Below the pieces are notes generated by a model, which saw only the letters and a list, made by a program, of their open reading frames with translations, searched no databases and was not told the DNA's origin. A DNA stretch of 64,000 nucleotides from an uncultured bacterium (GTDB lineage: Bacteria > Fidelibacterota > Marinisomatia > Marinisomatales > UBA1611). Location of the stretch: NCBI GenBank assembly GCA_964525185.1, contig CAZGFQ010000002.1, positions 3,671 to 67,670 on the forward strand. Reading direction: 5' to 3'. Positions 29,572-38,838 of this stretch are shown piece after piece. The position numbers and the translations under genes are program-made. Each line of letters begins with the position of its first letter. Position 1 is the stretch's first letter.

Positions 29572-29781
29572 CTATAGAATATTAATCTTTTTACTCTGAG
29601 TATTTTCACATTTATTTGTATTCCCTTGGCAAGTGGAGCAAGAACCATCAGAATTTCCCCCACAAGATCCCGATAAAGATTTATCATTAAATAAAACTCC
29701 TAGAGATAATCCAAATACGGCAAGTCCTAAAACAATTAAACCGAGAATAAATTCCATACAGAAATTTACGGCAATTATCAT
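29572..29781 (-). CDS. nqrM: (Na+)-NQR maturation factor NqrM-like small membrane protein
   Basis: 69 aa. One TM helix followed by LSGSCGGNSDGSCSTCQGNTNKC, the SGSCGG plus Cys-cluster pattern I recall for NqrM/DUF539. SD GAGGA lies 6 nt upstream. Convergent with apbE at a 1-nt gap. Confidence 0.6.
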   Translation of the reverse strand: MIIAVNFCMEFILGLIVLGLAVFGLSLGVLFNDKSLSGSCGGNSDGSCSTCQGNTNKCENTQSKKINIL

Positions 29782-29826
29782 TTTTGTTCCTCAATAAAAA
29801 ATAAATTGTATTTCCAAATAGCTTCT

Positions 29827-29856
29827 TTGAATTGAGTGAGTATGAGTAAATTTAAT
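29827..29856 (+). promoter_or_regulatory. Candidate sigma70-type promoter (TTGAAT-18 nt-TTTAAT) for the long plus-strand gene run
   Basis: Hexamers read directly in the 103-bp divergent gap between nqrM and the transporter gene. Confidence 0.25.
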
Positions 29857-29884
29857 GCTTGGATAAAAAAGGATAATATTCAAA

Positions 29885-31309
29885 ATGGTACGAACAAAAA
29901 TTACATCAATTATTATAGCAATAATTTCACAAGGGATGCTCTTAGCTTCATCAGGGGGACATAATGCACCTCACCTAGACGGTACACTTCTTTCTGGTTT
30001 ATGGATTATTCCATTTATAGGAATATTATTATCAATAGCATTATTCCCATTAGTTGCACCATCATTTTGGCATCACCATTTTGGGAAAATATCTGCAATG
30101 TGGGCTATTAGTTTGCTGATACCTTTTCTTTTAAATGAGCATATTGGATTATCTACAACTTTGTATTCGCTTATACATACAGGGTTATTAGAATATGTTC
30201 CATTTATCATACTCCTTTTAGCTCTATTCACAATTTCTGGTGGGGTTCAGTTGACCGGGTCACTTGTTGGAACTCCAGTAGTTAATACTGGTATTATTTT
30301 GATTGGTACCGTTTTAGCAAGTTGGATGGGAACTACTGGTGCAGCTATGTTGCTAATTCGTCCATTAATTCGAGCGAATAAGAATCGTAAAAATAAAGTT
30401 CATATTATTGTTTTCTTTATCTTCCTTGTTGCAAACATCGGTGGATCGTTAACACCGCTAGGTGATCCACCCTTATTTCTTGGGTTTTTAAAGGGGGTAG
30501 ATTTCTTCTGGACGACAACTCAGATGATATTACCAATGGCTTTTATGGTTGTTATGCTAATTACTATCTTCTTTATGGTTGATACCTTTTATTATAAAAG
30601 AGAATCCATTTCAGCTATAGATGAAATAAGCCATAAAATTGCGTTAAAAGGATCTTTCAATTTGTTATTAATTCTTGGTGTTATTGGAGCTGTACTCTTA
30701 AGTGGATTTTGGAAACCGCATGTGCATTTTACCATTTATTATGTAGAAGTTGAGTTGCAAAATATTACTCGAGATATATTATTAGTCATTTTAACTTGGC
30801 TGAGCTGGACTAAAACACCAAAATCTATTCGTATAGAAAATGAATTCACATGGTTTCCCATCGTTGAAGTAGCCAAGTTATTTGCCGGAATTTTTATTAC
30901 GATTATTCCTGCTATCGAAATTTTAAGAGCTGGATCTCAAGGAGCTTTAAAAGTGGTCGTTGAATCTGTAACGCAAGATGGGGAGCCCATTAATCGAATG
31001 TATTTTTGGCTTACTGGAATATTATCGAGTTTTTTGGATAATGCTCCAACGTATCTAGTCTTTTTTAATACCGCTGGTGGAGATGCAAACGTTTTAATGA
31101 ATCAGATGCCTAATACGTTATTAGCTATATCGGCTGGTGCCGTATTTATGGGGGCAAATACTTATATTGGGAATGCACCTAATTTTATGGTTAAATCCAT
31201 TTCAGAAGCATCGGATATTCCAATGCCTAGCTTTTTTGGCTTTTTTTTCAAATACGCTCTGCCAATTCTTTTTCCACTATATTTATTAACATCCATTATC
31301 TTTTTTTAA
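29885..31309 (+). CDS. Ion transporter of the ArsB/NhaD (citrate-transporter-like) superfamily, usually annotated sodium:proton antiporter
   Basis: 474-aa polytopic protein. N-terminal signal-like segment followed by HLDGTLLSGLWIIPFIGILLSIALFPL..FWHHHFGK. LDNAPTYLVF block. Confidence 0.65.
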   Translation: MVRTKITSIIIAIISQGMLLASSGGHNAPHLDGTLLSGLWIIPFIGILLSIALFPLVAPSFWHHHFGKISAMWAISLLIPFLLNEHIGLSTTLYSLIHTGLLEYVPFIILLLALFTISGGVQLTGSLVGTPVVNTGIILIGTVLASWMGTTGAAMLLIRPLIRANKNRKNKVHIIVFFIFLVANIGGSLTPLGDPPLFLGFLKGVDFFWTTTQMILPMAFMVVMLITIFFMVDTFYYKRESISAIDEISHKIALKGSFNLLLILGVIGAVLLSGFWKPHVHFTIYYVEVELQNITRDILLVILTWLSWTKTPKSIRIENEFTWFPIVEVAKLFAGIFITIIPAIEILRAGSQGALKVVVESVTQDGEPINRMYFWLTGILSSFLDNAPTYLVFFNTAGGDANVLMNQMPNTLLAISAGAVFMGANTYIGNAPNFMVKSISEASDIPMPSFFGFFFKYALPILFPLYLLTSIIFF

Positions 31310-31855
31310 ATGCGGATAACAAAAATAACAACAAAAGTTGGGGATAAAGGGAAAACATCTTTGGGTGACGGAATCATGGTTTCGAAAAATAACATACGAA
31401 TAAAGACGGTTGGACTTTTAGACGAAGTAAATGCTCGAGTGGGGCATGCAATTATTGAATCATCTAACAAGGATATTTTAATTTCACTTAAAGACATTCA
31501 AAATAACCTTTTTAATATTGGAGGGGAATTAGCTTTAGGAGGAAAAGCAGAACCAATATTCGATGAAGAGAAAGTATTTCAATTGGAATCAAAAATTGAA
31601 AATTTAAATAGCCATCTGGAACCTCTTACAGAATTTATTCTCCCCGGGGGGGATGAATTTATTTCAAGGTTACATCTAGCAAGAACTGCTACTAGGCAGG
31701 CTGAAATATCTCTATTTACATTAAAAGAAAATGAAATGGTTCGAGATAGTTTATGTGTGTACATGAATAGGCTTTCAGATTATTTTTTTGTATTGGCTCG
31801 TTTTTATTCGGCAGAAAATAAAATACATGAAAATGTTTGGGAGCACAATAAATAA
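31310..31855 (+). CDS. ATP:cob(I)alamin adenosyltransferase, PduO type
   Basis: 181 aa. N-terminal ITTKVGDKGKTSLGDG, FILPGG, and LHLARTATRQAE. Confidence 0.85.
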   Translation: MRITKITTKVGDKGKTSLGDGIMVSKNNIRIKTVGLLDEVNARVGHAIIESSNKDILISLKDIQNNLFNIGGELALGGKAEPIFDEEKVFQLESKIENLNSHLEPLTEFILPGGDEFISRLHLARTATRQAEISLFTLKENEMVRDSLCVYMNRLSDYFFVLARFYSAENKIHENVWEHNK

Positions 31856-32877
31856 TGAGTCAACAAAATTTGAATACAAATTGGGAAAAAGTAGACTCCA
31901 TTATTTCTGGTGCTAACCGCATTTTAATATCTACACATGAAAATCCGGATGGTGATGGGTTAGGTAGTGAATTGGCAATGGCCCAATATTTGATTCAAAA
32001 TGACTATGATTTTAAAATTATTAATACATCCCCATTACCGCAGGAATATACTTTTTTAGATACTGATGGAATTTTTGAAACCTATAATTCTGAAGAACAT
32101 TCAGAATGGATTCAAAATACAGATTTAGCCATTATTTTTGATGTAGGAGATTTTGTTCGTTGTAGGGATGTGTTCAATGAAATAACTGCAAATAAAATAA
32201 AAGTAATAAATATTGATCATCATCCACATCCAGAGAATCATTCGTTCTTTCTTAATATAGTTGATTTAAACGCGGCTGCAACGGGATGCATGGTTTTTGA
32301 TTTTTTGAAACAAAATTATAATAAACCGTTAACTAATCAAATGCTTACCGGAATATATACAGCTGTTATGACTGACACCGGTTGTTTTAGACATAGCAAT
32401 ACGGATGAAAAATGCCATTTGGTAGCGATGGAAACATTAAAAAATGGAGTAGATACTACAAGTATCTATCAACGAGTATATGAAAATAGTACTAAAACTC
32501 GTGTGTCATTATTGGGGAATGTATTATCGGATATTAACTATGAATTAGACGGAACACTTGCGTGGTTTAAAATCACCCAAGAAATGCTATCAAATTCCAA
32601 AGCGACAAAATCTGATGTTGATGGTTTTACAGATTTTGTTCGTTCGATTAAAAATGTTCAAGTTGCTTTAATGGTTTTTGAACAATCAGATGGTACTTGT
32701 AGAGTAAACCTGCGTGGTAAAGGTAAATTTAGCGTTAATGGTATTGCAAAAACATTAGGTGGCGGTGGGCATAGATTAGCCGCAGGTGCAATCGTTGAAG
32801 GAAACCTTGGAAATGTTATTAAAAATGTCATAAAAATTACGATTGAGTCTATTCAGAAAGAATCAGCATCAATATGA
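31855..32877 (+). CDS. nrnA: DHH-family bifunctional oligoribonuclease / pAp phosphatase NrnA
   Basis: HENPDGDGLGS, DHHPH, DTGCFRHSNT and GGGGHRLAAG (DHH plus DHHA1). Confidence 0.85.
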   Translation: MSQQNLNTNWEKVDSIISGANRILISTHENPDGDGLGSELAMAQYLIQNDYDFKIINTSPLPQEYTFLDTDGIFETYNSEEHSEWIQNTDLAIIFDVGDFVRCRDVFNEITANKIKVINIDHHPHPENHSFFLNIVDLNAAATGCMVFDFLKQNYNKPLTNQMLTGIYTAVMTDTGCFRHSNTDEKCHLVAMETLKNGVDTTSIYQRVYENSTKTRVSLLGNVLSDINYELDGTLAWFKITQEMLSNSKATKSDVDGFTDFVRSIKNVQVALMVFEQSDGTCRVNLRGKGKFSVNGIAKTLGGGGHRLAAGAIVEGNLGNVIKNVIKITIESIQKESASI

Positions 32878-33737
32878 AAATTATATTAGCTAAAGATGCA
32901 GGTTATTGTTTCGGAGTTCGAGAAGCTGTAAAAAAAGCTTATTCTGAAGCTGAAGACCACGGTGAAGTTTATATGCTTGGACATATTGTCCATAATGAAA
33001 ATGTGGTTGAGAATTTAGAAAAATCCGGAACAAAAGTTGTTGAATCATTAGACAATGTTCCTCAAGATAAGCCTGTTTTATTTAGGGCACATGGAACTGC
33101 ACCTGACGTTTGGGATTCAGCAAATGATAAGAATCTAAATATTGTTGATGCAACCTGCCCATTAGTGACTGAAATTCATAATGAAATTAAGCAGCTAGAT
33201 GAAGAAGGGCGACAAACGATTATTATTGGTGATCATGGACATGATGAAGTTATTGGCATAGCATCACAGGTTGAAAATCCAATCATTCTATCCACTGTAG
33301 ATGAAGCAAAAAATTTAAGAAAAATGAAAAGTGCAGGCGTTGTAACTCAATCAACGCAAATGATAGAAAATGTGCAAGAAATTATCAATGAACTCATGAT
33401 AAAAGTATTTGATTTGCGATTTGTAAATACCATTTGTTACCCAACCCGAAGGAACCATGAACAAATTAAATCATTGGCTGAAAAAAGTGATTTAATGATT
33501 GTTATAGGTTCTTTCACGAGTGCAAATTCAAAACGATTAACTCAACTTGCATTAGAAAGAAACCCAAAGTCATACCAAGTGACATGTGGTAAAGATATTA
33601 ATGAAGAATGGTTTGATGATGTAAATGTAGTTGGCATTTCTGCCGGAGCATCTACACCGGATTCCATTATTAATGAAGTAACTAATAAAATTAGAAAAAT
33701 AGGAAATGTTCTTAAGGAGGAACTTGTTTATGAGTAA
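32874..33737 (+). CDS. ispH: 4-hydroxy-3-methylbut-2-enyl diphosphate reductase
   Basis: 287 aa. AGYCFGV, ATCPLV and NTICYPT supply the three cluster cysteines. Confidence 0.9.
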   Translation: MKIILAKDAGYCFGVREAVKKAYSEAEDHGEVYMLGHIVHNENVVENLEKSGTKVVESLDNVPQDKPVLFRAHGTAPDVWDSANDKNLNIVDATCPLVTEIHNEIKQLDEEGRQTIIIGDHGHDEVIGIASQVENPIILSTVDEAKNLRKMKSAGVVTQSTQMIENVQEIINELMIKVFDLRFVNTICYPTRRNHEQIKSLAEKSDLMIVIGSFTSANSKRLTQLALERNPKSYQVTCGKDINEEWFDDVNVVGISAGASTPDSIINEVTNKIRKIGNVLKEELVYE

Positions 33738-34611
33738 AGGTGAATTCGGCGTAAAAGTCGGGTTGGCAGAAATGCTAAAAGGTGGAGTTATTATGGATGT
33801 AACATCCGCAGACCAAGCAAAAATAGCTGAAGACGCAGGTGCATGTGCTGTAATGGCGTTAGAAAGAATTCCTGCTGATATTAGAGAAGATGGCGGAATT
33901 GCACGTATGAGTGACCCTGCCATGATAAAAGAAATTCAAAAGACAGTTTCAATTCCGGTTATGGCTAAATGTAGAATTGGCCATTTTGCAGAAGCCCAAG
34001 TATTAGAAACACTCGAAGTTGATTTTATTGATGAAAGCGAAGTTTTGACTCCTGCTGATGAAAAAAACCATATATGGAAGCATGATTTTAAAATACCATT
34101 TGTTTGTGGAGCACGAAATCTAGGCGAAGCGCTAAGACGGATTGGTGAAGGAGCAGCAATGATTCGTACTAAAGGTGAGGCTGGTAGTGGAAATATCGTT
34201 GAAGCTGTTCGTCATATGAGAACCATCCAATCAGAAATAAAGAAAATGGCTACTTTAGACCAAGACGAAATAATGGCTGTGGCTAAAGAAATGGGTGCTC
34301 CTTTTTCTTTAGTTCAGGAAGTTGCTGAATTTGGGAAATTACCTGTTCCAAACTTTGCAGCAGGAGGAATTGCCACCCCCGCTGATGCTTCATTAATGAT
34401 GCAATTAGGGGCTGAAACGGTTTTTGTTGGATCTGGTATTTTTAAAAGTGACGATCCAAAAACACGCGCTAAAGCTGTGGTTGAAGCAACTACGCATTTT
34501 ATGGATGCAAATAAAGTAGCCGAAGCATCTACTGGACTAAAAAGTGCTATGAAGGGACTAGATATGTCAGAAATTCCAGAAGGTGAAAGATTGCAGGAGC
34601 GTGGCTGGTAG
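33730..34611 (+). CDS. pdxS: Pyridoxal 5'-phosphate synthase lyase subunit PdxS
   Basis: [36 protein letters not shown] and [10 protein letters not shown]. The ATG at 33730 is preferred over the ORF-track start at 33706. Confidence 0.95.
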   Translation: MSKGEFGVKVGLAEMLKGGVIMDVTSADQAKIAEDAGACAVMALERIPADIREDGGIARMSDPAMIKEIQKTVSIPVMAKCRIGHFAEAQVLETLEVDFIDESEVLTPADEKNHIWKHDFKIPFVCGARNLGEALRRIGEGAAMIRTKGEAGSGNIVEAVRHMRTIQSEIKKMATLDQDEIMAVAKEMGAPFSLVQEVAEFGKLPVPNFAAGGIATPADASLMMQLGAETVFVGSGIFKSDDPKTRAKAVVEATTHFMDANKVAEASTGLKSAMKGLDMSEIPEGERLQERGW

Positions 34612-35216
34612 TGAAAATTGGTGTCTTAGAACTCCAAGGTGATTTTGAAAAACACCATCAATTAATGTCGGAATTAGGTGTTGAATCTATTCCGATTAAA
34701 ACACTCCAAGATCTTGAAAAAGTTGAAGGTTGTATTATTCCTGGTGGTGAATCAACCACATTGTCAATCTTGATGGAAAGATATGAAATGGTAAATCCCA
34801 TTACATCATTCAGCAAATCATTCCCTGTTTTAGGTACATGTGCTGGATTGATAATGATGGCCAGTAGAGTTCAAGATGATCGAATTACACCATTAGGATT
34901 ACTTGATATTCAGGTGAATCGAAATGCTTATGGCCGCCAAATACACTCCGGAACAAAAACAGTTCAGATGCATTGGAAAGAATCTATCTTTTCTATACCT
35001 GCGACCATGATTCGAGCGCCAAAAATTGAGAGCGTGGGTGATAACGTAACCATATTGTCTGAATGGGAAGAATCACCCATTGCTGTTATGGATGGTCATC
35101 ATATTGGAATAAATTTTCACCCTGAATTAAATAATGTATCCTTATTCCACGAAATATTATTTCAACCAAAAAGTCAAAATTATTACAAACCCAATCAGGA
35201 AAAAAATGTCAGTTAA
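34611..35216 (+). CDS. pdxT: Pyridoxal 5'-phosphate synthase glutaminase subunit PdxT
   Basis: MKIGVLELQGDF, GGESTT, GTCAG (catalytic Cys) and FHPE. GTG start overlaps the pdxS stop. Confidence 0.9.
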   Translation: MKIGVLELQGDFEKHHQLMSELGVESIPIKTLQDLEKVEGCIIPGGESTTLSILMERYEMVNPITSFSKSFPVLGTCAGLIMMASRVQDDRITPLGLLDIQVNRNAYGRQIHSGTKTVQMHWKESIFSIPATMIRAPKIESVGDNVTILSEWEESPIAVMDGHHIGINFHPELNNVSLFHEILFQPKSQNYYKPNQEKNVS

Positions 35217-37107
35217 ACATTTACCAACAATTCAATCTCCAGCAGATATTAAAGATTATAGCATGGAAGAGCTTCATCAATTATGTGATGAATTAAGAAG
35301 TCATATTATTGAAACCATTACGGAAACCGGAGGGCACCTTGCGCCAACCCTTGGTGTCATTGAACTCACTGTAGCTCTTCATTATATTTATGATACGCCC
35401 AAAGATAAGATCATTTGGGATGTAGGTCACCAAGCCTATGCTCATAAGCTATTAACAGGAAGATATGATAGTTTCCCTACGATTCGGCAATTTAAAGGAA
35501 TAAGTGGTTTCTTAAAACGCAATGAAAGCGAATATGATGTATTTGGAGCTGGACATGCGTCCACGTCTATTTCTGCTGGATTAGGTGTTGCTGCCGGTAG
35601 AGATCATAATGGAGACAATTTTAGAGTCGCTTCAATTATTGGTGATGGATCTATGTCGGGTGGTTTAGCATTCGAGGGGATTAATAATGCGGGGCATCTC
35701 CGGAAACAATTGCTTGTAATATTGAATGATAATGAAATGTCGATTTCCCCAAATGTGGGAGCATTACACCATTATTTAACACGGATTGTTACAAACCCAA
35801 TTTACAATCGAATTCGAGATGAAATTTGGGATATCACTGGAAAACTCCCTTATGGTAAGAAATTATCTAGAACCTTCATCAAAAAAATTGAAGAAAGTAT
35901 TAAAAGTTTATTAGTGCCAGGGATTCTATTTGATGAACTTGGGTTTCGGTATATGGGGCCAATAAATGGACATGACTTAGATGAAGTGGTTCATACGCTT
36001 AATAATATTAAAGACATTAAAACGCCAATTTTGTTGCATGTACTAACAAAAAAAGGCAAAGGTATGAATCAAGCAGAGAACGATCCAATTAATTATCATG
36101 GTGTTAAACCAAATGGGAAAAACAAACCAATCGTTGAAAAAAGTGAAATTGAAGCACCTTCATTTCAATCTGTGTTTGGTTCATTAGCCATAGAAGTGGC
36201 TCGAAACCAAAATGAGACGGTATGTGTTACTGCAGCGATGAGAGAAGGTACTGGACTTGTCCCCTATGCAAAAGAATTCCCAGATCGCTATTATGATGTT
36301 GGGATAGCCGAAGGACATGCGGTAACATTTGCGGGTGGTCTTGCGACGGAAAAAACGCGACCCATTCTTGCTATTTATTCTACATTTTTGCAAAGAGCCT
36401 TTGATCATATAGTGCATGATATTGCCATTCAGAAATTACCTCTAATCTTTTGCTTAGATCGGTCGGGCGTTGCTGGCGAAGATGGCCCAACTCATCACGG
36501 TGCATTAGATATTCCTTATATGAGATGCATCCAAGATATGGTTGTTACAGCCCCAAAAAACGGGAATGAATTCAGACATTTATTATATACGGCCTTGAAT
36601 CAATCTACAAAACCGTTTTCAATTCGATATCCGAAAGCAAGTTCAGTTGAATTTGACGAAAAAGGACAGGCAGAATTATTGCCATTGGGTTCGTGGGAAG
36701 TATTGAAAAATGGTTCAGATGTAGCGTTACTCGCTGTTGGCCCCTTGGTATATACTGCCTTAGACGTTGCGGATGAATTATCTCGAGATGAAATCAAATG
36801 TGAAGTTGTAAATTGCCGATTTATTAAACCTATGGATACACAATATCTAGAATCTCTTGTCAAAAACTTTAATAACGTTATTACGCTTGAAGAAGGAAAT
36901 ATTACAGGTGGTTTTGGAGATGGCGTTTCTTCATGGCTTTTAGAAAATGGATATGAAGGATCCTTAAAACGTATTGGGCTCCCTGATGCATTTGTTGAAC
37001 ATGGGACAAGAGAAGAACTGTTGGATCTTGTTGGCCTTACGCAAGCTCATATAACGAATACTGTTAGAAATCAGTTTCAAAAACAGGTGGTTGGCTCACC
37101 TATTTAA
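35206..37107 (+). CDS. dxs: 1-deoxy-D-xylulose-5-phosphate synthase
   Basis: GGHLAPTLGVIELTVALHY, WDVGHQAY, GDGSMSGGLAFEGINNAG and DRSGVAGEDGPTHHG. Internal ATG (MSVKHLP) preferred. Confidence 0.95.
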   Translation: MSVKHLPTIQSPADIKDYSMEELHQLCDELRSHIIETITETGGHLAPTLGVIELTVALHYIYDTPKDKIIWDVGHQAYAHKLLTGRYDSFPTIRQFKGISGFLKRNESEYDVFGAGHASTSISAGLGVAAGRDHNGDNFRVASIIGDGSMSGGLAFEGINNAGHLRKQLLVILNDNEMSISPNVGALHHYLTRIVTNPIYNRIRDEIWDITGKLPYGKKLSRTFIKKIEESIKSLLVPGILFDELGFRYMGPINGHDLDEVVHTLNNIKDIKTPILLHVLTKKGKGMNQAENDPINYHGVKPNGKNKPIVEKSEIEAPSFQSVFGSLAIEVARNQNETVCVTAAMREGTGLVPYAKEFPDRYYDVGIAEGHAVTFAGGLATEKTRPILAIYSTFLQRAFDHIVHDIAIQKLPLIFCLDRSGVAGEDGPTHHGALDIPYMRCIQDMVVTAPKNGNEFRHLLYTALNQSTKPFSIRYPKASSVEFDEKGQAELLPLGSWEVLKNGSDVALLAVGPLVYTALDVADELSRDEIKCEVVNCRFIKPMDTQYLESLVKNFNNVITLEEGNITGGFGDGVSSWLLENGYEGSLKRIGLPDAFVEHGTREELLDLVGLTQAHITNTVRNQFQKQVVGSPI

Positions 37108-37110
37108 TCA

Positions 37111-38838
37111 ATGAATTCAATCTACTTAGCCGGTTTTGGACTTGGACTATTTTTTCTCGGTTATCGTTTTTATTCTAAATATTTATCTGAGAAAATTTAT
37201 GATTTGCAGTCATTTACAGGGTTAACACCAGCTCATGAATTCAAAGATAATATAGATTTTATTCCCACAAAAAAGCCAATATTATTTGGTCACCATTTTA
37301 CGTCTATCGCTGGTGCGGCTCCAATAATTGGTCCATGTATTGCAGCATACTGGGGATGGTTACCTGCCTTATTATGGATTGTCGTTGGCACTGTATTTAT
37401 GGGTGCGGTGCATGATTTTGGAGCATTAGTTGTAAGTGTAAGAGAAAAAGGGAGAACTATTGCAGATATAACGGGTAATGTTATCAGTCAAAGAGCCAAA
37501 ATAATGTTTCTATTTTTTATTCTAATGTTGACATGGCTTGTATTGGCAGTGTTTGCTATGGCGATTGCGGGGTTATTCAACGCAGTTCCTACATCTGTTA
37601 TACCTATCAATGTCGAAATAATTATTGCACTTATTATTGGAACACTTATTTACAAGAAAAATATAAATGCAACAATACCATCTATATTAGCTCTAGCTAC
37701 TTTGTATTTATTTGTGTGGATAGGCACAAAAACGCCTATCACTTTAACAGTATTTGGTATTCAACCTGAGAATGCTCAAACTGTTTGGATTATTTTTCTT
37801 TTTATTTATTCTGGTATAGCTGGATTATTACCTGTTTGGCTTTTGCTTCAACCTCGAGATTATATTAATAGTCACCAATTAATGGTTGGGTTAGGATTAA
37901 TATTTCTCGGTCTATTTATTGCCCAACCTGTTGTAGATGCGCCGATGCTAAGAGAAGATATTGGAACGGTTGGGCCTCCAATATTTCCATTACTTTTTGT
38001 AACGATAGCTTGTGGTGCTATTAGTGGGTTTCATGGATTAGTATCATCAGGCACAACATCTAAGCAAGTTAATGATATTAATGATACACGGTTGATTGGA
38101 TATGGGAGTATGATTGGTGAAGGTGCATTGGCGTTAGCATCTACCATTGCCGCAGTTGCAGGAATAGCATTAGTATCAACATGCAATTTACCTTCTGTTG
38201 GGCATGTAGCAGATTTGAGCTGGCATGTCTATTATGATAATTGGGCACATGCATCTTCAAATAAGGCAACTGCATTTGTCCTGGGTGGAGGTGCATTATT
38301 ACAAGAAATAGGTTTTGGTGAAGAATTAGCTAAAACAATTATTGCAGTTTTGGTTATTTCTTTTGCTGCCACAACTCTTGATACAGCAACGAGAATTCAA
38401 CGATTTATTATTGGTGAAATAGGAGATTCAATTAATCAACCCATTCTAAAAAATAGAGTTATTGGAACATTAGGTGCTATTCTACCGGCTTTTATATTAA
38501 CAATGTGGTCTATTCCAGATCCTGTTACGGGACAGATAAAAGAAACAGCTTGGATTATTTGGCCTATTTTTGGGGCAAGTAATCAAATGTTGGCAGCACT
38601 CACATTAATGGTTATTGCCTTGTATTTTTGGAAATTGAAAAAACCAGTATTATCACTTATAATACCATTTGTATTAATTACAGGTACAACAATTATTGCA
38701 CTTTTAATCAATGCTCAAACTTTCTATCACAATAATGGACTTTTATTCGGAGTTGATATTGTGTTATTGGGATTAGTATTTTGGATGTTATTTGAAGGTT
38801 GGAGTGTGTATAGAAATATGGAAAAAAATCATGAATAA
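37111..38838 (+). CDS. cstA: Carbon starvation protein A family transporter (CstA; peptide/pyruvate uptake family)
   Basis: 575-aa polytopic protein. FGHHFTSIAGAAPIIGP, GAVHDFGALVVSVR and ISGFHGLVSSGTTSKQ. Confidence 0.85.
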   Translation: MNSIYLAGFGLGLFFLGYRFYSKYLSEKIYDLQSFTGLTPAHEFKDNIDFIPTKKPILFGHHFTSIAGAAPIIGPCIAAYWGWLPALLWIVVGTVFMGAVHDFGALVVSVREKGRTIADITGNVISQRAKIMFLFFILMLTWLVLAVFAMAIAGLFNAVPTSVIPINVEIIIALIIGTLIYKKNINATIPSILALATLYLFVWIGTKTPITLTVFGIQPENAQTVWIIFLFIYSGIAGLLPVWLLLQPRDYINSHQLMVGLGLIFLGLFIAQPVVDAPMLREDIGTVGPPIFPLLFVTIACGAISGFHGLVSSGTTSKQVNDINDTRLIGYGSMIGEGALALASTIAAVAGIALVSTCNLPSVGHVADLSWHVYYDNWAHASSNKATAFVLGGGALLQEIGFGEELAKTIIAVLVISFAATTLDTATRIQRFIIGEIGDSINQPILKNRVIGTLGAILPAFILTMWSIPDPVTGQIKETAWIIWPIFGASNQMLAALTLMVIALYFWKLKKPVLSLIIPFVLITGTTIIALLINAQTFYHNNGLLFGVDIVLLGLVFWMLFEGWSVYRNMEKNHE

